From Balanoglossus misakiensis (Eukaryota > Animalia > Hemichordata), in assembly GCA_040954595.2 (NCBI GenBank), contig CM082581.2:744001-808000 (forward strand): a stretch of 64,000 nt of DNA, written 5' to 3'. Of this stretch, positions 52,170 through 64,000 are shown piece by piece. Both the position numbers and the translations under genes were made by a program. Below the pieces are notes generated by a model. It saw nothing but the letters and a program-made list of their open reading frames with translations, was not told the origin of the DNA and made no database searches. How positions within the stretch are numbered: position 1 is the stretch's first letter; each line of letters opens with the position of its first letter.

Positions 52170-52360
52170 AATCAGTCAACATGGCTGCCTAATCGTTGGA
52201 TAGCCTGGTTTCATCTCGCGATCATTCTGTCTTCCGATATGGCGTTGCATGGTTAAATTCGTCTCTTCTTTGCCGACATAGTCAGGCGACAGCGGTCGAG
52301 AAGCATAGGCAGCGACTCCATCTTGTTTACATTGTGAAGTATCGACTGCGCATGCTCAAT
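52170..52360. promoter_or_regulatory. CpG-rich promoter-like segment (YY1- and NRF1-like motifs); mirror copy at 58688-58885
   Basis: aacatggctgcc, aagatggcg (in the mirror copy), tgcgcatgctca and ccaat; donor-like ggtaagt at ~58879. Confidence 0.45.
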
Positions 52361-53002
52361 AATTTTCCGCGTTTTTTTTTTTGCCAACGGCGCGCGCGCG
52401 GTGTCTGGTATAGAGAAAATAACATGCAAGTGCGCGATTATTCATTTGTAAAAAATCAGTTATACATTTGTCATCAACGTTTGAAAACTTTCAATGATCT
52501 TACCTCAGTAAGCATTTCAAATAGGTACATTTTTATTTAGAACCATCGTATGTGGAAAATAATAAAACACAGAGTGGGGATTGGCCCTATGTTTGACTTG
52601 ATCATACCCAGCTCGGTTTGCGTTTTGTCATTGACGAGGGTGTCAGACTTTTGCTGAGAGAGTGAGTTTCTATAGCGTAAACGTTTATCGACTGGACTTT
52701 CTGTGCGCCAACAATTACATTATTTTTGGCCGGGGAACACGTGCAACTTTTGATGACTGTTTTTCTAGCGCCGTGTTTTTATCTTACGACCTAGAATACC
52801 TGCTTTCGTCACCATGGTCTGCTCTGCACGTACTATGCTTTCCAGTTTATGTAGCTTGAAGTTGTACCACATTTTGGTTTCCGAGCTGTAGCGAACATAA
52901 AACCGAAACTAATAGCTACGTGTTGACCGCAGCGACTGCGTGTTTTTTTGTTGTATTCCCAACCTACAGTTTATTCTCATGCAGCTCAGACTGAGGTCGC
53001 TT

Positions 53003-53335
53003 CTAAGAGAAAAAACAACAACATATTTTGGCTGCTGCCAGACCAGGAATGGAAAATCTTGAGTGGCGCTGGGCTGCATTTCTCTGTAGGACTGTAGTTG
53101 TATTGTGCAAGGGTTCGCCAGCATCGCCTTCAGACTTGTTGTCATAGTCACTGGTGGCGGTTTGTCCTGCACTACTCGTCGTTCTATTTGATGTGGTGGT
53201 ATTATTCCCAGATGTCTGTGCCGAGGATCCTGCCCGTTTTCCGATTCTCTTCGTTTTGTCGGCCATTTGCTTCACTTTTTCTGTCATTGTTGCGACGTCA
53301 GTCTCTGTTGTTGTTCGAAGGAGGCGAAAGTCCAT
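53003..53335 (-). CDS. Hypothetical 110-aa low-complexity protein ending ICCCFFS
   Basis: Open ORF with ATG in a locally GC-richer stretch; no recognisable domain. Confidence 0.3.
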   Translation of the reverse strand: MDFRLLRTTTETDVATMTEKVKQMADKTKRIGKRAGSSAQTSGNNTTTSNRTTSSAGQTATSDYDNKSEGDAGEPLHNTTTVLQRNAAQRHSRFSIPGLAAAKICCCFFS

Positions 53336-53414
53336 TCACCATTAATAGCCGAATTTCCAAGATCGTCCGTTAATTACAATGCGACGTCACGCTACCATGT
53401 CCTAAGAAAGACTA

Positions 53415-53595
53415 CAGGGCACATTTTTTTATCTCGTGCGCACGACTTACGTGTGCATGTGATATTTTCTCGTGAACACGAGTGCGCTCGCAATTTTCTC
53501 GTGCGCACGAGATATGCACGAGATAGCATGTTTCTCGTGCACACGAGAAAACATCTCGCTGGAACAAGATACTATCTCTTGCACAAGAAATAGAA
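53415..53595. repeat. Cluster of palindromic TCTCGTGCGCACGAGA-type units (MITE-like remnant)
   Basis: About five degenerate copies of tctcgtgcgcacgaga. Confidence 0.65.
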
Positions 53596-54169
53596 TAACT
53601 GGCAGCCACTATGATGTCTGCCACAGGCAAATTTAAATATTCCACTCTGGATCTTCTTTCAGCCCTTCGGAAAACATGAGCATTTATGAAATCCGGCTCT
53701 CAATTTTTCGAGAAGTTCCAGCAGTTGTGGTGTCGCCAAAAACGAATGTATGCCATTCCTGGCGGAAAAAAATATGCAAGAGACGCTTGCAATACACTGC
53801 CATCTACCTGACCGCCCTACATGCCTTAATGTAAGGTAGAAGGTCGGGCGGTACGAAGAGTTCACCAAAAGAGGGCGCATTTTATCATCCATTGATTTAT
53901 ACTGTGTACGAGCAGAGAAGCCTCAGTGTTTGCGGTTAGAACCGTATCGGTAAGACAAAGACAGAAGAGTTGACAGACAACAAACTTATTCAGTTTATAT
54001 CATATAATTCTTACTGTAAAACGTTCCCTGAATAAAGCCTTGTGCTCATAAGAACATTGAAGATTGTCGCATACAGACCGACACCCTTTTATCTATTGTA
54101 GGTATTGAATAGAACGCTTTATGCCTGTGTATTTCTTATTCATTAAGCAATGATGTAACACAACAAGTT

Positions 54170-57100
54170 TCGGACAGTGTGAAGAAAGGGCCAAAGCACT
54201 CTTGCAAGTTAGTGTTGTGTACTCTTTTCCAACACTGCTGCAAGCTGTTCAGCAACTGATGCTGCTTGTATCTCCGATGACAAATGGACAGTCTGTGTGC
54301 TGTCAAAGTAAATCCATCAATTTTGCGGAGCTGAAAGGAAAATGACAGCTTGTCAAACTCAAATCTGCCAGACGAAATAGGGAAAGAAATGCATAACAGG
54401 TAATCCACCATAGTATGAATTTTAGCCAGCATCCTATGAAATGCGGTGAAACGGAACTGCAATTAATTTTAAATGAATTCTGCTCAAATTGTTTTGTTAG
54501 TTCTCAACATTGGATTGGAACCGTTAAATATATTGTACCGTATAACATTATCATACAGGTTAGTATGTCAAATATTTTTCCATTTGGCATTTTCTTCTTG
54601 AGGTCATTTCAACAGTATGCACACCACAGTTTGTGAGATATGGACAGAAACAAACAGGAATCTATGCAATGTTATAATAGTATATTATTGTTAACAAGAA
54701 AGCGGCAACTCTCTGCCTGGCAGAGAATAATGATAGTCTTTTTGAAAAAAAGGGCGTGCTGAGGATATGGTCAGTCAAAAACATACATGTATAAGGTATG
54801 CCTGAACTAATTTTTAATATGGTGTACATAAATATTTATGCATTGTCACAATGACTGGAGGTCTTTAAATGACCAAGCTGTATGGACACCTCATTCAATG
54901 TTACATATATTTGTTATTACATGTTTTATTGAAATTGCCAGTTGTCTGTTTTAATTCTGGCAGTTCTGCTGTGTCTTTTGTCTTGCCCTGACAGAATGCA
55001 GTAATATTTGCAGTACAAGAGGAGTGTCAGTAAATAGTGGAGCAATATCTTTCTACGAATGTACTCATGCATTGCTCCAAAGTGAAGTACATTCGCAAAA
55101 CCAGTTTGGGAAATCGGGACTCTTTTCAAGATAATACCACATTTTTGTGGATGTCACATGACATGGAAACACTCTAGAATCACGATTGAGATAAGGTTTC
55201 GGTTTGATATACCACTTCCTTGTTATTTCAATTTGTATGTTTTCTTAACCCCCTCCCTCGAAAAAAGGTAATTGAGGTAATTGTAAAATTACCTGACAAA
55301 CAAACAGGCTACTCTAGCCTCCTTTTTATGAGGTTTGTGATGTAACATATTTTGAATTTCGTGAATCGATCAAAAGTTTCCGTGCACTAACTATCAAAAC
55401 TATACCAAAAAATAATTTGGGCAATTCATAAGGAGAATCTAGTGGGTCAGCGGCTATAGAACTGACGTAAGTGTAAGTATCAGAGGATTGTGGGTACGAG
55501 GCTGGGAAGAGCAAAACTCGAACACTCATGAAATCTACACGTGACGCCAAATTCTTTGTAATATGAACAGTGGAAAACTGCCATGCCATCCCTCTAAGTG
55601 CAAACTTCCAAAGATTTCAATCTGGTGATATTTAAAAAAAATATTTTATTCAAATTCATGTGGTGATATTTAAAAAAAATATTTTATTCAAATTCATGTT
55701 ATAAATTAAACTTGCATCTATGATATAGAAATGACTCTGTCTTATATAACAAAAATACAAATAACTTGGTTAGATGACCAAAGATTTCCCATCTCGAAAA
55801 GTTTCTACCAAAATGACTAACTCCAAATCTGCTAAGAGAGCCCTAGCAAATTTAATCACTGCACATTACTCTCGATAAAACGAAATATTGCGCATTCATT
55901 TTGTCCTTGAATTGAAATGCATGGCCAGTGTTCATAGACTTCACACACACAGGATGTTTAAGGAGTTGAATTGTTATTGACAGCGACCAGGTCGGTAGAT
56001 TCTATAGGATGAAGAAAAAATGAAAAGACAGTCAGTACATAGCTAAATTCTCCTATACAAGGGCGTCTTCAATTGGTACAGTGACTGACTGAATGGATGA
56101 ATGAATGAATGAATGAATGAATGAATGAATGAATGAATGAATGAATGAATGAATGAATGAATGAATGAATGATGAACGGATGAGTCGTAATAATATGCTT
56201 CAATCATAGGGGCTTTGAAAATTATTAAAATAAAATAAAAAATAATGTACTCACAACCGACATTTATACAACAGACAGCTCAAGAAACTCCTCCATGTGT
56301 ACAATACTTTGCCAATTTAGTGACAACATCAGCTTGCAGAGCACGTGAGCACCGCTTTCGCCAGCCTGTGGTGCCCGCATATCTTTTTTGTTCAGCAGTA
56401 ACATGCACGACACATGCAGAGACACAAACGTCCATGTTGCAAATTGTAGATGAAAGCATCAGCTGCGCTGGTTTTATGGTCAGCATCACTGGCTGTTACA
56501 TGAAAACTGTTTGTCACATACCTTAACCAACATATACGTGTATCTGTATGGAAAGAAAGTAGGCTCACCCCCGGTACAGTATTATTTTATTTTGCATGCA
56601 CGCAATGGCCTGAATTTGCTAAACTGGGATCATCTGCGCGCATTTCAAAACGTGCTCGTTGCTTAACTTCGCGTGCTTTACTACTCACAATTATTCCACT
56701 TGTGAACGAACACGTCACCCAATTTTACAGTGTAGCCATGTGGAAAACTGGTGACAAGGTAATATTTCATTCGAAGATCAACCTACGTTCAGAAAGTTTG
56801 CATTGTGGTGAATTCTCACTGCTCTCGCAATGCGGTCTGTGGCTCACTGCCGCAGACCGCATTACACGTAGAAATAAATTCTGTACGTCACAGTTCGTAG
56901 GTCGCATAGGTCATGGAGTTAATCCATTATACATTGCGGCTTACAATTTCTCGTGACCCTCTTATCATGCAGCTTGTGTGTTACTGACCACTGACGCATG
57001 TCAAAACACTCAATATTTTTTTTAAATTTGCAAAATCTTTCATTTTAAAGTTGTGATACTCACTGCAGATAGCATTCTTTTCAGTAGGAACTATTTCTGC

Positions 57101-58155
57101 TGCCATTTCAATATTGTCTTTATTCCATGTAAATATATTTCCTCCAATTGAACAGTCCCCCGCCACAGCTGCAACCTCTTCTGCAGTCAGAACTTTTGAC
57201 CACATGTATGTCATTTAGTCAAGACAATTTGGGAGAACTGTAGTTTAAAGCCTCCAAAGCTGCCACTTTTAGCATTATTTTCATGATTTTATTTTCCAAC
57301 TTAAATTGGTTCATCAAAATAAGCTTACTGATAGGTATACATAAACATCTTATCGATGCCCGATTGTGACTGCATGTTGCAATTGGAACATGCTATGTAT
57401 TAAAACGGTGCCTCACCGATTTAATCAGCCTTCATACAAACAATAGCAGCTAAGCAGCTATCGTGAAATGCGATGCCAAGTTATGACAAACCAATGCAAA
57501 TGCAAGTAATATGGCTCAATGGTCACGGGTGAAGATTTTAGGGAATAGGGAATATACATATGAAGTATTTTACTCTGGAAAAAAATATGCCAATTTTAGC
57601 AGCTATAGGGTTTTTAAAGCGCGGGCGAAGTATGAACAGATGCAGTAAATATCGATACATTGTATTTTGGAGGTTTCTCATAACCATGATTGGTTGGCTA
57701 ATTATGCGGCGTTTTCTAAATAAAAGGAACAATATTAATTTATTGTTGGGGCTCACCTCCGTTAACATCTTGCCGTCTCTGCTGAGTGTTGGCCTCTTCC
57801 AGCGGCACGTGTTTGTCCTTTAGGGCATGCTGTAAAATATTTAGAATAGCGCTGCCATTTGATCAAAGGATAAGCTGGCTTCGCGTGTTAGGGATGTGTG
57901 TCTGACGACTATGCCTCGAAGCAAAAGACACAGCCGACCCTGCCACGCAGATTCATTTGTTGTGTCACACATTTTCGATCCAAGAAGAGAATATCAACCT
58001 TGACGTTGCGAAAATGACAAGAAACTTTCACTCATATAGGTTGTGTGATTACTTACCCGCAACTTGTTGGGAATTGCTGTCACCAGAGGTGCCCACAGCG
58101 TGAAAGCCAGAATGACTGCGACGCCTGCATTGGAGTTCGTCATGAATGGAAACAT
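54170..58155 (-). pseudogene. Decayed secreted pentraxin/WSC-like multidomain gene
   Basis: Signal-peptide exon 58057-58155 (MFPFMTNSNAGVAVILAFTLWAPLVTAIPNKLR|gtaagt). Pentraxin C-terminus 57064-57215 (MWSKVLTAEEVAAVAGDCSIGGNIFTW..ICS|gtgagt). WSC-like remnant 56255-56543, pentraxin N-terminus-like VLLFP..SDTYTYV near 55400-55525, and a WSC-like remnant near 54200-54330. Stops and frameshifts are present. Confidence 0.55.
56093..56175 (+). repeat. (TGAA)n microsatellite
   Basis: Direct reading. Confidence 0.95.
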
Positions 58156-58206
58156 CGATGAACACGTTCGGTCTTCGATGAGGCTAGTGTCCACAGAATA
58201 GGCATT

Positions 58207-58214
58207 CTTTTATA
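58207..58214 (-). promoter_or_regulatory. TATA box of the pentraxin/WSC-like gene
   Basis: TATAAAAG on the minus strand about 55 bp upstream of the ATG at 58155. Confidence 0.5.
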
Positions 58215-61200
58215 AGGCAGCTGGGAGGTGGTAAATCCATTGTGATCACCATGCTATTAGTAGCCCAAGCAGTCAAAATTTGCGAAAAATATATAAATAT
58301 GGAAAAAATATATCAATGGGATCAATAGTTATTAAGCACTTTTTAAAAACAAACGACACCGTAAGATCAATTATCTTGTTTTCCGCGACAAGTTTCAACA
58401 TGGTATGTCAGCGCTACCAGTGAATAATATTATTAGAAACTATGACAGCTGTAACCGTGCGATTAATGATTTCATCAATTTTAATCATATACTTGTGAAT
58501 ATTTGCGCGGGTGCTGGTTTAATAAACTGTGTTGATATATAGGTGGAAGACTGTTTAGTTTTCCAGTCAATTATGTGATGTATTACGCCTGACGCTTAAA
58601 TGATTTGGTCCAGGGAGAATAACCGCGTTTGGCCGGTCAAGCGAACCCTGGATCTTGCAGGCTCTGCCCACTTTCCAATCAACAACCATTGAGCATGCGC
58701 AGTTGATACTTCACATTGTAAACAAGATGGCGTCGCTGTATATGCTTCTGGACCGCTGTCGCCCGACTATGTCGGCAAAGAAGAGACGAATTTAACCAAG
58801 CAACGCCATATCGGAAGATAGAATGATCGCGAGATGAAACCGGGATATCCAACGATTTGGCAGCCATGTTGATTGATTGGTAAGTCGCCGAAGTAACTAT
58901 TTGCCATTGATTTGTTTACCAGAAACGGTTTGCCTTTGGAACACATTTGACCTCAATGAAATTGATTTCAGAGTTTTTTCCCAAGAACTAATGACGTTCG
59001 TTTTCACCTTTCTGTCCCGAAGTTGCAAACGTGTTGTCTCTGAGAAAATAAATGTGATTTGTACCCGCGATAATCATAGTTCGGATTTCAACCCACAACA
59101 TCAACGCCAGCCATTCACCAACATGTGCCAGATAATGTTTATCAGTCATATTTTCTCAGTCTGAATTTACAAAAGACTAATTGTATATTATGCACATTGC
59201 AATTTTAATATGTAACACGTTTGACCTGAGTGGGAGAATGGATTGAAGGGACACAAGCTTTTGTAGCCACTTATATTTTGACACTGTTTATATAAATGTT
59301 GAGCTGGCATATTTGTTCCCTTATGATGTAGTGTACCTGTTGCATTGAAATGAAGCTGTAATATTAAAGTGCAATTTAGTCCTTTGGTTTACTGGGAAAA
59401 TGAGGTCAATAAATGACAGGTTTATTTAGATATATGATATATTTCTCACAAGCACTTATGCATATGTATGAGATACTTATTTATTTTTAATTTATGTATT
59501 TATTTTTAATTTATTTTGTATGTTCAGGTAATCATATGGATTTGTATGGAATCACATACACATTAATTAAAGACTATCATATCACAGAAGTCGAGCCTCC
59601 ACATGTGTAAGGTAACCATTTAGGTTTCATGACTAAGTTTGTTTAAGAATTCATAAAGCACGAATTCTACCTAATGAATGAATTTTCTTAGAATTTCACA
59701 ACTGTGACAGGGTTTGCAGTTATGCGAAAAAGTGTTATTATTCACATACGAAACTTTTCGTATACATTTTTCTGATGGCAATGCATTTAACTTTGAACAA
59801 ATATTGACGTCAGTTAGTAGTGCTATTTTGTCAGTGAAATTGCTTCATCATCATCCCTCCAACCAAAGTTGAAACTGAGTTGCAAATATTGCACAGCTTG
59901 AAATCATAAAATGTCGCAAAATTGAACCAACCATTCGGTCAACGATTATGTTCTTACAGCTATTATTAGAAGCAGACAGTCTCAGGGAACAAGATACATG
60001 GGCCTGATTTGCAAACTGAGTTGGAACTAACCTTGCCTGCCCATGGATGCGCCAATTCAGTGAATCTTATCGTATTAAAAATGAATATGGAGAACTATTC
60101 TCTGTGTTGTGATTGTTAGCCTACATGTATACATATGTACCTTGAGTGATTCCACTTTCTTCAGTGTCCTGTGAATTCAGTTGCCATAACTTGCGCTTCA
60201 CACAGCGCATACATGTAGGTCTAATCAATTGGGCAACTGGGTCTTACAATATTATCTGATGCCTCTTACTGGCCGAAGGACCACAAGTTGCATTTTCACA
60301 TCGCATATAAATAGAAAACCCATTAATTTCTACTGTATGATTTTATTGACGATTCAATAGTTTCATGACTGTTAGTGTTAATTACAATACCTAAATTCCC
60401 AAATGAAAGCATGCTGTCAGTTTTCATGTGATTGATATTAATTTTACAATTTCAAAATATGCTTAGCTCTGAATGATTATGAACATATCAAACTTCATGT
60501 TAAATAAACTGTCTTGATATTGTATACATTAAGGCCTACTACCAGTGTCACAACATTGATTTCCTGCATTTTTGCTCATGCCTTCTGACCAGTCAGTTGC
60601 CTCTGTATGTGTGTATGTAGTATGTGTGGATGTATGTATGTCTGTCCACATCAAAAACTTGAAAACCCCTTCGCGTATCCCCTTGATATTTGGTGTGTAG
60701 ATGTAGGCCAGCCTGTAAATAGGATTTTGTTCATATTAAGAAGGTTGAAGTATTTTCATGATTGGTTTTATTTGATTACTCCAGAAACATACAATACAGA
60801 GTCTGTGTGGTAAGTCTTGATATTGGGTTTTTAGATGCAGGCACGCCTGTTCAAATGAAATATGCTAATTACCTGGAGCAATGTGAAATTGATCAAAACT
60901 CAGAAACTCAACAACTGGTCAGATTGCTTTGAACATTTGTATGCATGTAGCTTATGTCACGCCTGATATACTTTCAGCTAATATCGTGAATTGTATCTAG
61001 AATTTAGTATGCTATTTCCTATAGGTAATCTTTGTTAGTATTGTTTAAATTGTGGCAAAATTTGTAATTTTTGGGAAATATAATTTTGTAATTTTTGGTC
61101 AAAAATCATTTTCTCTGAAACTCCATGTCAGGTCAGGTTGCATTTAAATTTTGGTTTGCTTGTTCCATGAGGTAACCCAAGTAATGTTGTATATCATTTT

Positions 61201-62196
61201 GGTGAAATTTGCATATTTGTGGTCTTGAGGCAATTTTTGCAATTTGTATTCTTTGAAACCGCATGTCAAATTGCTTTCAATTTTGGTAGGCATGTTCCTT
61301 GTGGTGATTGAAGTGAGATATTGTTGGATTTGTTGATATCTGAATTTTTGTGGTTGAGGCAGTTTTTGTCATTGTTGAAGAAATGTTGTTTTCACTGAAA
61401 ATACTCCGATTCCTGTGAAATTGTATTAGGTTACCTGGTAGGTCATATCTGCTTGGCAATGTCACAGCGGTGTACACACCTATTTTTGTGTAATCCAAAG
61501 TGTGTAATAAGCTAGCAAATATTTACTAGTAAATCATGTATGTTCTACTTCTTACAAGGTTGAAGTATGTTGATGTCTGGGTTAAATGGGATTCTTCAGA
61601 AACATACAATACAGAGTCTGTGGTACAGTTCATGGTCACATTCAGAATTACCTAGTCTATATCCAGCCGTGTTCTGTCCGCTTTGCTTCCAAAAGTATCG
61701 TCTAGTGTCATGCATGCCACTTGCCCAATAATCTGACACCCCTTGCTGGGAAATTTGATGTAACAAGTATCCCTTAGTGAAATTATTAACATAAATTGAA
61801 CAATGTTGATTTGGCGTAAGATTATAGTGAAGGCAGGGCTTATTACATTGAAAATGCTATCCAGCCTTAATTACACATTATGAATATCCTTTGTCCAATC
61901 ATTGGAAAAACAATGTACTTGCATAGCACTTTGAAGGTGAATCGCAAGTGGTCACTTTAATTACATTACCTCAAGCAGTCTTTGACATGTAGCTATAATA
62001 AGACAAACATTCCCGGTGTAATTAACATCACTGTTGTTATTAGTATCTATCTCCGATAAGTATCAAGTCTGCCTTATGTTATTTTAAGTCAATTGTCAGG
62101 TTCATGTACATATTTTACAACTTATCTATCTTGTCAAAAACTTTCGCATGTACCTAATTCTAGGCTTACCAGTAGGGTTATAGATACAGTGTATTA

Positions 62197-63715
62197 TTAG
62201 GTCCCATTGGTATAGGCCTATATACCATGGGACCTTATGGGATGGGTTGCGTCTGTATGTATGTATGGATGGATGTATGTATGGATGTATGGATGTATGG
62301 ATGTATGTCTGTATGTCCGTCCACATCAAAAACTTGAAAACCGCTGCGCGTATCACCTCAATATTTGGTGTGTAGGTGCAGGCAGGGCTGTAGATGGGAG
62401 TTTGTCCAAACGAAGTTGCCAGGCCCAAAAATATGCAAATTAGCTTGTAAAATGTGAAATTGATGAAAACTCTGTAAGTCAACAATTACTGGTCAGATTG
62501 CTTTAAAAATTGGTATGCATGTACCTTATGTCAACCTCACATCGACCTGTAAGTGTTAAGTTAATATCATGGATGTTTTATTTTTTATAAATTTTTTAGT
62601 CTTTTTATTAAATTTATACCTTTACATTATACCTCTATGGTTAGGCTATGTCCACGTCTTATTGTGGAATTCTGGTCTGTGCAATAGTCCTGTACAGTGA
62701 CTGTCTATTGGTCAGTGAGCACAATGGGGCCAAAATAAAAGGCAAATTTTTGGGCTCACCTGTAACACATGCTTAATACATTACTTATGTGCATACCTAA
62801 TTCCGGGCTAACTAATAGGGCTAGAGGTTTCGTTCTTGGGGGACATGGACCAGTATAGGGTCAAAATTTCTTGCCCACATTTTGGGTGACCTCAGGTGAC
62901 CTTTGACCTACTTTTCCATATCTTGGCATCCAGAGCAGGTACAGACTTGGCGTTTGGAGAGTTGGCACTAAAATTGAAAAGCCAAAATTGGGCTCACCTG
63001 TAACACCTGCATATCTCATTAATTATGTGCATACCTAATTCCAGGCTAACCAATAGGGCTATAGGTTTGGTTTTTGTTGAACATGGACCAGTATAGGGTC
63101 AAAATTTCTTGCCCAAATTTTGCATGACCTTAGGTGACCTTTGACCTACTTTACCATATCTTGGCATCCAGAGCAGGTACAGACTTGGCATTTGGAGGGT
63201 TGGCACTAAAATTGAAAAGCCAAAATTGGGGGTCACCAGTGACACCTGCATATCTCATTAATTATGTGCATACCTAATTCCAGGATAACCAATAGAGCTA
63301 TAGGTTTGGATTTTGTTGAACATGGACCAGTATAGGGTCAAAATTTCTTGCCCAAATTTTGCATGACCTCAGGTGACCTTTGACCTACTTTTCCATATCT
63401 TGGCATCCAGAGCAGGTACAGACTTCGCGTTTGGAGGGTTGGGATTAAAATTGAAAAGCCAAAATTGGGGGTCACCTGTGACACCTGCATATCTCATTAA
63501 TTATGCGCATACCTAATTCCAGGCTAACCAATAGGGCTATAGGTTTGGTTTTTGTTGAACATGGACCAGTATAGGGTCAAACTTTCTTGCCCAAATTTTG
63601 CATGACCTCAGGTGACCTTTGACCTACTTTTCCATATCTTGGCATCCAGAGCAGATATGCTTATTGCTATGTGCTATGTCCTCAAATGGGACCACAGTGT
63701 CCTTGACGCTATTTT
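62197..63715 (-). mobile_element. Second copy of the HINE/DINE-like element (four ~239-bp units)
   Basis: Reverse complement of 41441-43446 with identical termini; inserted in a T/A-rich site without a clear TSD (empty site at ~47062-47080). Confidence 0.75.
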
Positions 63716-64000
63716 ATTAACATGCATTAATATGAAACTAAATGTTGATGGTTAATTAAAGACCCTCTTGAGCTATGGTAACCTCATTAAATATGTGCAT
63801 ATCTTATTCTAGTGGATGTGGTAACCTGGACATGGACAACTCTGGGGTCAAAATCTTTTGACAAACTTTTGGGTGATCTTGGGTAAACTTTGACCTACAT
63901 TCCTATATCTTGGCATCCGGCACAGATACATCCTTGACACTTGGAGTTATGGAACTATGTAATGGAATATTATGTCTTGCCTCATTAATTATGTACATAC

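Larger units (their letters stand above)
46776..64000. repeat. Large diverged inverted duplication: left arm ~46776-52360, right arm 58688-64000 (may continue beyond the window), 6.3-kb spacer
   Basis: Colinear reverse-complement blocks 46776-47070/63716-64000, 47075-47640/61640-62195, 49138-50100/60600-61640, 50718-52050/59225-60530 and 52035-52360/58688-59008. Confidence 0.9.

Noticed and set aside
55623-55700. 38-bp tandem duplication (a similar one lies at 21057-21135)
   Set aside because: Ordinary local slippage duplications with no further structure.
41441-63715. One 22-kb transposon with 2-kb terminal inverted repeats
   Set aside because: The right copy is an insertion inside the arm of another duplication (empty site at ~47070) and no shared TSD exists, so these are two independent copies of one element.

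Overview
AT-rich, intron-containing, repeat-dense animal DNA, most plausibly from a marine invertebrate deuterostome (inferred from gene content and repeat style, not proven); no prokaryotic operons or CRISPR arrays. Five zones. (1) 1-17.4 kb: a scrambled, largely palindromic region (arms ~3.2-9.5 kb and ~13.7-17.0 kb). It holds several broken copies of a spliced tandem-OB-fold gene that, once stitched together, resembles RPA and especially HIN-200 domains. It also holds a 309-bp tandem array with CTCF-like motifs, an L2 LINE insertion and two tRNA-Gln-like heads. (2) 18.2-26.7 kb: the 3' part (14 exons) of an Uninflatable/SVEP1-like type I membrane protein gene (pentraxin-HYR-sushi-4x ephrin-receptor-like-2x EGF-TM-NPxY tail). 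It has one nonsense codon and three damaged splice sites, all explicable as G>T changes. (3) 28-32.6 kb: a foldback MITE, an L2 fragment and a probable solo LTR. (4) 32.6-40.2 kb: an 82-86-bp satellite with ~1.2/2.4-kb higher-order structure. (5) 40.7-64 kb: Helentron-associated (HINE/DINE-like) elements with DR1-bearing 240-bp repeats, and a second large inverted duplication (46.8-52.4 kb vs 58.7-64 kb) around a decayed secreted pentraxin/WSC gene. All alignments and coordinates were read by eye.
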